64,000 nucleotides of DNA. Source: Squalus acanthias. Taxonomy: Eukaryota. This document shows, piece after piece, positions 25,779 to 37,150 of this stretch. The stretch is from NCBI GenBank assembly GCA_030390025.1, contig CM059432.1:101372001-101436000 (forward strand), in the 5' to 3' direction. The notes beneath the pieces were generated by a model, which saw only the letters and a list, made by a program, of their open reading frames with translations, was not told where the DNA came from and did not search any database. A program made the translations under genes and the position numbers. Within the stretch, counting starts at the first letter, position 1; each line of letters opens with the position of its first letter.

Positions 25779-27150
25779 GTGGGACCTCCTTGGAAGACCC
25801 TCTCCCCGCTTGCAATGAGTGCTTCCCCAACGGAGGCATCTGAAAGCAGCATGGGAACCATTCACTTCCTTTCACTATGGACCTCAGATTTGGATGAGGA
25901 GCAGCCACGGCAGCAGCAGAACCAGGCAGCTCAGCAGCAACATGAGCAGGAGCCCCAACCTCCTGCTCAGCCATCTGATGCGGCACAGAGCAGAAGGCGC
26001 CAGCACATCGAGGCACCTCACCACAGGAGATACCCCTGACAGAGGGTTTACAGACAGAGGATGAGCTACCTCAACATGATTGAGCAGCAGTGCCAAAGGA
26101 GGCTGAGACTTTCGCGAGAGGTTGTCCGAGAGATCTGCGGACTGCTCCAGCAAGACCTGGTGCCCAGAGGAACAGGTGGACATCCCTTACCAGTGGCTGT
26201 CAAAGTCACCACCGCACTCAACTTCTTTGCCTCAGGCTCCTTCCAGGGATCATCAGCAGACATCAGCGGCATCTCCCAGTCGGCCGTCCACAGTTGCATC
26301 ATGCAGGTTACCGATGCCCTTTTCGCTAAGGCCCACAATTACCTCTAGTTCTCAAGGGATCAAGCAAGTATAAACGTGCGTTCGGTTGGCTTTGCAAATA
26401 TGGCAGGCATGCCAATGGTGCAGGGCGTCATAGACTGCACACATGTGGCTCTTAGGGCACCCCATCACAACCCAGCTATCTTTGTCAACCAAAAGGGCTT
26501 CTGCTCCCTCAACGTACAGCTTATGTGTAACCACAAGAAAGAGTTCTTGCATGTTTGCACTAAGTTCTGTGGTAGTTGCCATGACTCTTTCATCCTGTGG
26601 CACTCTAGTGTTCCTCCGCTTCTCAATCCGCCAAACCAACTTAATGGATGGCTCCTTGGTGACAAAGGCTCCCCCCTGAAGAAGTAGCTAATGACGCCGA
26701 TCAGGAGGCCAGCTAACGAGGCTGAAGAGCGCTACAACGCCAGCCACACTTCGACCAGGTTCATCATCGAGCAAACCATTGGGTTGTTGAAGATGCACTT
26801 CTGTTGCCTTGACCGATCAGGTGGAGCCCTGCAGTATACATCATACAGGGTCTCCAGAATGGTCGTGGTCTGCTGTGCACTGCACAACATCGCACAGTGT
26901 CGTGGGTGCAGCTTCCTGATGAGCAAGTGGCTCAATTCCAGGCCTCCTCAGATGAGGAGAAGGAGGAGGAGGAGGAGGAGCTGGAGGAGCTGGTGGAGGA
27001 GGAGGAGCAGGAGGAGGAGGAGGATGAAGAGGAGGAGAAGCTGGAGGAGGAGGAGGAGAGAGTGCCGGTCTATTGACCGGCAGCACGCAAGCACATGGCA
27101 GCCCGTGATGCAAGGGATGAATTTGACCTGGCCAGATTTGCATAGGTTGC
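25779..27150 (+). pseudogene. Harbinger (HARBI1-like) DDE transposase pseudogene
   Basis: ORF pieces starting 25779, 26061, 26376 and 26691 are in one frame separated by stops. Motifs [39 protein letters not shown]. Frameshift near 26905 precedes a GAG-rich acidic tail. Confidence 0.92.
26953..27060 (+). repeat. (GAG)n imperfect repeat, the poly-Glu tail of the transposase
   Basis: About 35 GAG/GGA units. Confidence 0.9.
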
Positions 27151-27326
27151 CCAAGTGGGCACATGTCCTTGGCTCCATCTCAAGACATCATAGACAATGG
27201 ACATGACTCTCTGGCCTCCTTTCACTCTGGCCACCAACCTGACAACGCAAGTGTCGCGGAGCCCGCAATGTGGAGCTGCCTAAAGCGAAAGAACAGATGC
27301 CATAGCGCCAACATTTTTCCATCAAT

Positions 27327-27572
27327 TCATTTTAATGCTTTCCAACAGGGATGGCACTTCATCAATATGCAGAAACATTCACCCAATCTGCACACAGATC
27401 TGGAGGTTATATCCCTTGCCAGCTGGACCCACACAGCCTTGGTTTCTTTGGGAGGCCTCTTCCTCCCAGATGAGCGGAAGAACACCTCCCTGCTGGCTCT
27501 CGGCCCCTCAACCAACTTTTGCAGCGCTTCATCCGAGAACCTCGGGGAGGCCCTTGCTTTGGAATTGGACAT
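27327..27572 (-). pseudogene. Harbinger Myb/SANT-like DNA-binding protein, N-terminal fragment
   Basis: MSNSKARASPRFSDEALQKLVEG..REVFF..GRKRP..KAVWVQLARDITSRSV. Confidence 0.8.
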
Positions 27573-28471
27573 AGTGGTTTCTCAAAATATGTTGCAGCAT
27601 TGGCAGAAATCCAATGGAATGATCCAAGGCAGCAAGCAGCCCTTAACTGAGGCTGGAAAAGTGATGTCCCAAGTTTCAGTCCCAAAACACTAATTGACCA
27701 AGGGCATCCCACACCTCTGAAATCAAGTGGCCAATTAGGGGAAAATCGCAATTTTTTCAAAACTATCAGTGGAGACGGGTTTCGAACTCACCCAAACTGA
27801 AACCCGCCTCCAACCCGCCTCCAGTGAGAAAATCGCCCCCACAGAATAGAATCATAGAGTGGTTACAGCACGGAAGAAGGCCATTCGGCCCGTCGAGCCC
27901 GTGCTGGCTCTCTGCAAGAGCACTTCAGCTAGTCCCACTCCCCCACCCTTTCCCTGTAGCCCTGCAAATTTCTTTCCTTCAGATAATTATCCAACTCCCT
28001 TTTGAAAGCCTCAATTAAATCTGCCTCCACCATCCTTTCAGGCAGTGCATTCCAGATCCTAACCACTCGCTGAGTAGAAAAGTTTTTTCTTACTTCGCCT
28101 TTGGTTCTTTTGCCAATCACCTTAAATCTGTGTCCTCTGGTTCTCGACCCTTCTGCCAATGGGAACAGTTTCCCTCTATCTACTCTGTCCAGACCCCTCA
28201 TGATTTTGAACACCTCTATCAAATCTCCTCTCAATCTTCTCTGCTCCAAGGAGAACAACCCTAGCTTCTCCAGTCTATCAACGTAACTGAAGTCCCTCAT
28301 TCCTGGAATCATTCTCGTAAATCTTTTCTGCACCCTCTCTAAGGCCATCACATCCTTCCTGCAATGTGGTGACCAGAATTGGACACAGTACTCCAGTTGG
28401 GGCCGAACCAGTGTTTTATACAGGTTCATCATAATTTCCACACTTATGTACTCCATACCTCTATTTATGAA

Positions 28472-28687
28472 AATGAGAAGTCGCACAATACCAAGGTTAT
28501 AGTCCAACAGTTTTATTTGAAATCACGAGCTTTCGGAGCGCTGCTCTTTCGTCAGGCTTTACCTGACGAAGGAGCAGCGCTCCGAAAGCTCGTGATTTCA
28601 AATAAAACTGTTGGACTATAACCTGGTGTTGTGCGACTTCTCATTTTCGTCCACCCCAGTCCAACACCGGCATCTCCGCATCATGGG
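28472..28687. mobile_element. Palindromic Penelope-type mini-insertion with 13-bp TSD
   Basis: Arms 28469-28556 and 28562-28648 are near-perfect inverted repeats; ctctatttatgaa at 28459-28471 and 28688-28700; interrupts the CR1 frame. Confidence 0.88.
28559..28595 (+). ncRNA. Minimal type I hammerhead ribozyme motif (mirror copy on minus about 28524-28557)
   Basis: ttac-CTGACGA-a-ggagc agc gctcc-GAAA-GC-TC-gtga: stem I ttac/gtga, palindromic AGCT stem III, CUC site. Confidence 0.8.
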
Positions 28688-29339
28688 CTCTATTTATGAA
28701 GCCCAGGATCCCGAAAGCCTTTTTCACTGCTTTCGCAACCTGTCCTGCCACCTTCAATAATTTGTGCACACATACCTCCAGGTCTCTCTGTTCGTGCACT
28801 GTCTTCAGGATTGTACCATTTAGTTTGTATGTCGTCTCCTCATTCTTTCTACCAAAATGTATAACTTCACACTTTTCTGCATTAAATTTCATCTGCCACG
28901 TGTCTGCCCATTTCACCAGCCTGTCTATGTCTTCCTGAAGTATATCACTCTTCTCCTCACTGTTCACTATACTTCCAAGTTTTGTGTCATCTGCAAATTA
29001 TGAAATTGTACCCTGTACACCCACGTCCAAGTCATTAATATATATCAAGAAAAGCAGTGGTCCTAGAACCGACCCCTGGGGAACACCACTTATATACCTT
29101 CCTCCAGTCCGAAAAACAACCGTTCACCACTACTCTCTGTTTCCTATCACTTAGCCAATACTGTATCCATGCTGCCAATGTCCCTTTTATTCCATGTGCT
29201 TCAACTTTGCTGGCAAGCCTATTATGTGGCACTTTGTTGAACGCCTTTTGGAAATCCATGTACTTTACGTCAACTGCATTACCCTCATCAACCCTCTCTG
29301 TTACCTCATTAAAGAACTCAATCAAGTTAGTCACATTGT

Positions 29340-29945
29340 GGCCCCGATAATGACTGGTGCGGGTTCCGTGTGCGGAGGGGTGTGGAGGGTGGTGGGGGAT
29401 GGAGGGGTGCGAGGCCGGGTTTCCCCGCACGTTGTGCAGCTTTAACTCCACAGTGTGTGTCTTTTTGTAGCAGGTTCACCAGATTGACAGGCTTGGCTCC
29501 CTGTCGGGTGGAGAACGCTCTGGAGGAGGATGCAGCCCCAGGAGCAGGTAGGGACGCTGCAGCTACGTTAGTGGGAGCATTGGGAGTGGGGCCCGGATCT
29601 TACGGGGGAGGCTGGTCCCTGATCTCTGGGGTGGGGATCAGATCCCGGGGCTGGGGGTCAGGTCCCCGATCTCTGATCTCAGGGAGGGTCCGATTCCCAA
29701 TCCCATGGGGCATCCGATCCCGATCCTGGGGGTGGGGGGTTGGGGGTCTGGTCTCGGGTGTCGGATGGCGGGCAGTGAAGAAAGTTAGCTTGGTGAGGGC
29801 TAGAGGGAAGCAGCTATGCTCCTCCTGTCCCACAAGCAGTGCTGTAAAGGCACTTATCTCGCCTCCCTTCAGCTGCCGGGTTTCCCCGAGGCCCAGGAAA
29901 ACAGCTGGCCAGGGTAAAATTTGGAAGACAGGTTAAATATGAGGC
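29340..29945. mobile_element. Harbinger-type MITE part with G-rich gatc-containing degenerate repeats; probable other end at about 33306-33440
   Basis: Starts ggccccgata like the 9233 element; 33306-33440 ends ggttaaaattaaccc like the right end of that element. Confidence 0.5.
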
Positions 29946-29946
29946 A

Positions 29947-32900
29947 TTTTTTTAATATATATTTGTTGCCGGGATGTGAGCATCGCTGGCAAGGCCAGCA
30001 TTTATTGCCATCCCTAATTGTCCTTGAGAAGGTGGTGGTGAGCCGCCTTCTTAAACCGCTGCAGTCCGTGTGGTGAAGGTAGTCCCACAGTGCTGTTAGG
30101 GAGGGAGTTCCAGGATTTTGACCCAGCGATGAGGAAGGATTGGCGATATACTTCTAAGTCAGGATGGTGTGTGACTTGGAGGGGAACTTGGAGGTGGTGG
30201 TGTTCCCATGCGCCTGCTGCCCTTGTTCTGGAAGAGGTCGCGGGTTTGGGAGGTGCTGCCGAAGAAGCTTTGGTGAGTTGCTGCAGTGCATCTTGTAGAT
30301 GGTACACACTGCAGCCACGGTACGCCGGTGGTGGAGGGAGTGAATGTTTAAGGTGGTGGATAGGGTGCTAATCAAGCGGGTTGCTTTGTCCTGGATGGTG
30401 TCGAGTTTCTTGAGTGTTGTTGGAGCTGCACTCATCCAGGCAAGTGGAGAGTATTCCATCACATTCCTTATTTGTGCCTTGTAGATGGTGGAAAGGCTTA
30501 GGGGAGTCAGGAGGTGAGACACTCGCCACAGAATACCCAGCCTCTGACCTGCTTTTGTTGCCACAGTATTTATGTGGCTGGTCCAGTTAAGTTTCTGGTC
30601 AATGTTAACACCCAGGATATTGATGGTGGAGGATTCGGCGATGGTAATGCCACTGAATGTCAAGGGGCGGTGGTTAGACTCATGCTTGTTGGAGATGGTC
30701 ATTGCCTGGCACTTCTGTGGCCCTGAATGTTACCTGCAACTTATTAGCCCAAGCCTGAACTTTGTCAAGGTCTTGTTGCATGCGGGCCTGGACTGCTTCA
30801 TTATCTGAGGAGTTGTGAATGGCACTGAATACTGTGCAGTCATCAGCGAACATCCCCATTTCTGACCTTATGTTGGAGGGAAGGTCATTCATGAAGCAGC
30901 TGAAGATGGTTGGGCCTAGGACACTGCCCTGAGGAACTCCTGCAGCGATGTCCTGTAGCTGTGATGATTGACCTTCAATCACCACAACCATCTTCCTTTG
31001 TGCTAGGTATGACGCCAGCCAGTGGAGAGTTTTCCCCCTGATTCCCATTGACTTCAGTTTTACTAGGGCTCCTTGATGCCACACTCGGTCAAATGCTGCC
31101 TTGATGTCAAGGGCAGTCACTCTCACCTCACCTCTGGAATTCAGCTCCCTTCGTCCATGTTTGGACCAAGGCTGTAATGAGGTTGGGAGCCGAGTGGTCT
31201 TGGCGGAAGCCAAACTGGGCATCAGTGAGCAGGTTATTGGTGAACAAGTGCCACTTGATAGCACTGTCGATGACACCTTCCCTCACTTTGCCGATGATTG
31301 AGAGTAGACTGATGGGGCGGTAATTGGCCTGGTTGGATTTTTCCTGCTTTTTGTGGACAGGACATACCTGGGCAGTTTTACACATTGTTGGATAGATGCC
31401 AGTGTTGTAGCTGTACTGGAACAGCTTGGCTAGAGGCGCGGCTAGTTGTGGAGCACAAGTCTTCAGCACGATAGCCGGGATGTTGTCGGGGCCCACAGCC
31501 TTTGCTGTATCCAGTACGCTGAGCCGTTTCTTGATATCACGTGGAGTGAATCGAATTAGCTGAAGACTGGCTTCTGTGATGGTGGAGATCTCAGGAGGAC
31601 GCCGATATGGATCATCCACTCGGCACTTCTGGCTGAAGATGGTTGCAAACGCTTCAGCCTTATCTTTTGCACTCACGTGCTGGGCTCCACCATCATTGAG
31701 GTTGGGGATATTCATAGAGCCTCCTCCTCCCGTTAGTTGTTTAATGGTCCACCACCATTCATGACTGGATGTCGCAGGACTGCCGAGCTTTGATCTGATC
31801 CGTTGATTGTGGGATCGCTTAGCCCTGTCTATAGCATGCTGCTTCCGATTTTTAGCATGCATGTCATCCTCTGTTGCAGCTTCCCCAGGTTGGCACCTCA
31901 TTTTTACGTACGCCTGGTGCTGCTCCTGGCATGCTCTTCTACACTCCTTATTGAACCCAGGTTGATGGTAATGGTAGAGTGAGGGATATGCCGGGCCATG
32001 AGGTTACAGATTGGAATACAATTCTTCTGCTGCTGCTGATGGCCCACAGCGCCTCATGGATGCCCAGTTATGAGCTGCTAGATCTGTTCTGAATCTATCC
32101 CATTTAGCACGTTGGTAGTGCCACACAACACGATGAAGGGTGTCCTCTCAGTGTAAAGACAGGACTTCGTCTCCACAATGACTGTGCGGTGGTCACTGCT
32201 ACCAATACTGCTACCAACTGCGACAGGTAGATTGGTAAGGACGAGGTCAAGTAGGTTTTTCCCTCGTGTTGGTTCTCTCATCACCTGTCGCAGGCCCAGA
32301 CTGGCAGCTATATCCTTCAGGACTCGGCCAGCTCGGTCAGTAGTGGTGCTACCGAGCCACTCTTGGTGATGGATATTGAAGTCCTCCACCCAGAGTACAT
32401 TCTGTGCCATTGCTACTCTCAGTGCTTCTTCCAAGTAGTGTTCAACATGGTGGAGTACTGATTCATCAGCTGAGGGAGGGCGGTAGGTGGTAATCAGTAG
32501 GAGGTTTCCTTGCCCATGCTTGCCCTGAAGTCATGAGACTTCATGGGGTCCGGAGTCAATGTTGAGGACTCCCAGGGCCACTCCTTCCCGACTGTATACC
32601 ACTGTGCCGCCACCCCTGGTGGGTCTGTCCTGCCGGTGGGACAGGACATACCCAGAGATGGTGATAGAGGAGTTTGGGACATTGGCTGAAAGGTATGATT
32701 CTGCGGGACAGCTCCCCAGATGTTGGTGAGGAGGACTTTGCAGGGTTAACTGGGCTGGGTGTGCCGTTGCCGTGTCCATAGTCGATGCTGAGGTCGATGC
32801 CGGGTGGTCCGTCCGGTTTCATTTTTATTATTTTTTTGTTTTGAAGCAGTTTGTTACAACTGAGTGGCGTGCTCGGCCATTTCAGAGGGCAGTTAAGAGT

Positions 32901-33182
32901 CAACCACATTGCTGTGGGTCTGGAGTCATATATAGGCCACACCAGGTAAGGATGGCAGATTTCCTTCCCTGAAGGACATTAGTGAACCAGATGGGTTTTT
33001 ACAACAATCCATTAGTTTCATGGTCACCATTACTGATACTAGCTTTTTATTCCAGATTTATTTAATTAACTGAATTTAAATTCCCCAGCTGCCATGGTGG
33101 GATTTGAACTCACGTCTCTGGATCATTCGTTCAGGCCTCTGGATTATTAGCCCAGTGACATTACCACTATGCTACCGTTCCC
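29947..33182 (-). mobile_element. APE-RT non-LTR retrotransposon (CR1/L2 group) lacking ORF1, with tRNA-like 5' head
   Basis: [75 protein letters not shown]. Head with A/B boxes at about 33095-33182. Frameshifted. Confidence 0.9.
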
Positions 33183-33515
33183 ATTGGAGTATAAGTATGT
33201 CAGGCTGTTGCTTAACTAGTCTGTGAGACAACTCTCCCAATTTTGGCACAAGTCCCCAGATGTTAGTGAGGAGGACTTTGCAGGGTCGACTGGGCTGGGT
33301 GTGCCCACCCCCCGTCCTGTCTCCATTAAAACCAGAAGAGGGCAGGTTAGAGGCGAGTTGGGGTCAGGTTTGAGATTTTTAAAATTTAACATCCCACCCG
33401 ACCCCAACCCACCTGTTTTTTGTGGTTAAAATTAACCCGGTGCATTTTCAAAGCCTGGCAGAAACATTTCAGCTAAATTTCTGTAACTCAACATTGGCCA
33501 ATGCAACATCAGGGC

Positions 33516-33648
33516 TTTCTCAATATTCTGCCAGAACTTCAGCAGAAAATCAGCGCAAACCCCGGAGAAAAGGAATGAGTTGTCATTTACGCCTTTCTTC
33601 GAGGTTTTCGCTGATCCTCTGCTGAAGTTACGGCAGGAGATTGAGAAA
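33516..33648. repeat. Imperfect palindrome, core of a small fold-back MITE
   Basis: ttctcaat..ctgccagaacttcagcagaaaatcagcg..aaagg pairs with ccttt..cgctgatcctctgctgaagttacggcag..attgagaa. Confidence 0.7.
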
Positions 33649-33694
33649 CACCCATTGAAATTGCTGGCGATACTCTTTTAAATCTTGGTAGTCC

Positions 33695-34086
33695 ATTGAC
33701 ATTGGCTTCCTGCCCCCCAGCACCTCAAATATAAAATTCTCATCTTTCTGTTTAAATCCCTCCATGGCCCCACACCTTCCTATCTCTAATCACATCCATT
33801 GCTCCAACCCTCATCCCAAACTATCTGTTTCTTTGACTCTGGCCTCTTGTGCAATCCCCTCCCTTTACCCTACCATTAGTGGCAGTACCTGGGTTCCAAG
33901 TTCTGGAATGATCTCTCTAAACCCCGCCAGCTCCCTCTCCTCCTTCAAGACTCACCTTAAAACACCTCTTTGTCCAAGCTTTTGATTATCTCTCCTTCTT
34001 CGGTTCAGCATTGATTTTATTTTCTCCTTCCTGAGATGTTTATTTCTCATAAAAGCCCAATATAAATGCAAGTTGTTGTTGTTGTT
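33695..34086 (+). mobile_element. L2-type LINE 3' fragment
   Basis: SLSSFKTHLKTPL and tail tataaatgcaagttgttgttgttgtt. Confidence 0.75.
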
Positions 34087-36137
34087 ACTTGACCAAGAAA
34101 TCCGGCAAACAGCTGTCTTGCCATCTTTTCTGCGCAGTTATGAAACTAGCTGCTAGGTTGTATGCAAGAATTGAGTCACTTTCTGATTTTCTTCTCTCAG
34201 AGAAACAACTGGTCCCAACTCGTCACCACCCTTAGAAGGTGCAGCTAAATTTGAAAATCACTGTTATTGAGAGCTGTGGTAAAGGACCGCATGCTAACAC
34301 AGACACCCAAGGAGCATTGAGGCACAAATCCACGAGACCACCCAATCATTGAATGTTTTTTTTAAACTCATACTAGTTTCAGTATAAATTTAATAACTTA
34401 GCTGCAGACTTTTTTTTTACATTACTTGGTTTATTTTCTTAAAAAATGAATTAACTGCATTCTTTCAAGACTTGTGATTCAAATAAATTGTTTGCACTGC
34501 TATGAGGCATCTCACAAAGACATCTGTTTACTTTGCAAAAATACCATCTTGACTACGATATGTAGGTCTTCATATTTCCTTCATCCAGAAGCAATATTAT
34601 TTTCCAGGCTCTCAAAGCAACACCCTGGAAGCATGAGCCTCAAAAGCAAGTTGTTTGAAAAAAATTTCTAAGGGAAAGGTAGAGGGGCTTTGGCAGAGAT
34701 GTTGGAACATTATTCGATCTTTAGGTTTCAAAAATGATCTCATGTTTAGTAAACTAATCAAACAATCTAGAAGGTGCAGTAAGGCTATACTGCAACACAA
34801 GGAAATATGTAATAAGAACAAGTGTTACAGTGCATCAAGCACACTTCTTCCAAAAGTGCTGCACTATCACAGAGTTGCTCCAATTCATCTAACCACTGGA
34901 AGTGCAACTTCCAAGGAAATAGCATTCTGTGAAGTTTCTTTTTGATCTGCTGAAGTAATCAAATCCAGGCATCAATCCAAGATTACAAACTGTATCATGC
35001 AATTCTGATCAACTGCATTCCACAGAAGGCAGTCCATGGGTCTCAATAGACCTAGAGCAATGATGTTCTGCAGAATGTTTGATCATCCATGTCTGAGCTT
35101 ACGTAACCATCATTCTATTCTTAACTAAATATCTATTCTACCAAATATTCCACTTCCTATACCTTTGAGGGAAAAACAATTTGATATCTACTTCCTCAAG
35201 GATTGACAATTTGCAATAATGTCCTCCAGTTACACACACAGTTTAATTTAAATCTAAACTGCTTCCCTAAAGTGTCAGCAAGTATCAAAGTTAAAATAAG
35301 TGTGCAATAAAGAGAATATAGGATAAAAAGGAAATGGTGTCAAAATAGCTTGGGTAAAAGTTTTATTGTATTCAAATTTATGAAAAGCTGTATAGTTAAG
35401 TGAGGTTAACATTAAAATAATAGAACTACTCCTGACATCTGAGCAGATTTAGTTCTGTGGTATGGTTTGTCTCAGCACTTTGTTCGCTGAAAACATTTTA
35501 AAATATGGCCAAGTCAGAGGGTGGAGATTCCTTGGAGAACTTGTGGTCTAAGGATTAAAGACTTGGATCACGTGTCTTCTCTACACTATATTGCTCACAA
35601 TCACAACAAAGTTAGCTTTTATAATAGATGTTGGTGCATACATACTGTTGATAAAATACAGGAGTCGATAATTACCAATGAACCGTAGTAACTGTGCATA
35701 ATAATACTTTCTATTCATCAGTATTGAAGAGGTGTCAACCAAAGACATGTACTTAGACAATAACTGTGCTGATATACATCAGTTAATTGGGTACCAGCAA
35801 AGTAACACGGCAATTCAAATAAATACCTGGTTCAAATGTTACACCTGTGATTTAATATTTCAGTCGAAGTAAATTGTTTTATTGTTACTGATTAACTATT
35901 ATTTTGCAGTCCACCAACTCACTATTATCTGGGATAAACTAAGTTCTCCTTTCTGAGCCGTAGAAAAATCTGGTTAGTTTCAGAGAACATCAAACTCAAT
36001 AAATGCAGAAGATACAAATTACTTCAATTCTTCCCTTCAAAATCTATTGAATTCAAACATATACAAACAACTGTCAGAAGATTTGTGACTTTATTTTAAA
36101 AGGCATTTTTTTTGGAAACATAAAAGTTATTTACTTA

Positions 36138-36371
<234 letters not shown>

Positions 36372-36392
36372 TTAGTTTATAGTTCTTTCATA

Positions 36393-36820
36393 CAACAACA
36401 ACATGTATTACTACATTAAAGGCACGATATAAATGCATCTCAAATTGGTTCACAGGTGTGTAATCAGACAAATAAATTGAAACTAAGCTAAAGAAGGAGA
36501 CATAAGTACAGGTGACCAAAAGCTTGATGAAAGAGATAGGTTTTATGAAGTGTCTTAAAGAGAGAGAGGTGAAGAGGTTTATAGAGGGAATTCCAGAGCT
36601 TGGGATGCAGACAACTGAAACCACGGCCGCCAATGTTGGGGCAATGGCCAAGGAGGGATTTGAACACAAAGGTAAGAATTGATGGATGGAGAGCGAATGT
36701 AGGTCAATGAGCACAAGGGTGATGGATGAACGTGACTTGGTGAGTTAAGATACGGGCAGCAGAGTTTTGGATTAGCTCAAGTTTATGGAGAGTGGAGGAT
36801 GGGAGGCCAAACCAGGAAAG
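36393..36820 (-). mobile_element. L2-type LINE 3' fragment immediately upstream of the exon acceptor
   Basis: acaacaacaac tail; similar to 2143-2700 and 8786-9110. Confidence 0.7.
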
Positions 36821-37150
36821 CAAATGCAAAAGGTTATATTGAATGATGGGTACTTTAAAAGCAAATCTTAATCATGACCTGCAAAATATGCTTCCAATAT
36901 ATGTGATTTTCCTGCAGGCTGTATGTTTACCATACGATTTTCAATAGGTTCATCTGGTCTCTGCTGCCTAAAACGATTTTCTACTTGGCACGCAAACTGG
37001 CGCTAATGGCTAACTGCTCACATGCAGGGAACCTTGGTCTTTTGGCTGAGCAGGTAGAGCCATTGTCTGGTCTTGATGTTGTCTATTTTAAAAATCAGTG
37101 CTGATAAAGGTAAACTGAAAACTATCCTATTGCTGCACTGCAAACATATT

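Larger units (their letters stand above)
25335..27840. mobile_element. PIF/Harbinger transposon, near full length, with convergent transposase and Myb/SANT genes
   Basis: TIRs ggggcgattttctca / tgagaaaatcgcccc; subterminal gaggcgggtt repeats; flanks ata/aca; inserted in a CR1 tail microsatellite. Confidence 0.92.
27844..29335 (-). mobile_element. CR1 LINE, 5'-truncated
   Basis: YMDFQKAF, WADTWQMKFNAEKC, LVRPQLEYCVQFWSP; tail ctatgattctattct on minus. Confidence 0.95.

Noticed and set aside
26691..27206. Arg-rich C-terminus of the 171-aa ORF and the antisense poly-Pro/poly-Leu ORFs
   Set aside because: Out-of-frame readings of the GAG repeat after a frameshift in the transposase.
29590..29770. 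G-rich tract with quadruplex potential and a 188-aa Gly-rich ORF
   Set aside because: Degenerate tandem repeat inside a MITE; the ORF is a compositional artefact.
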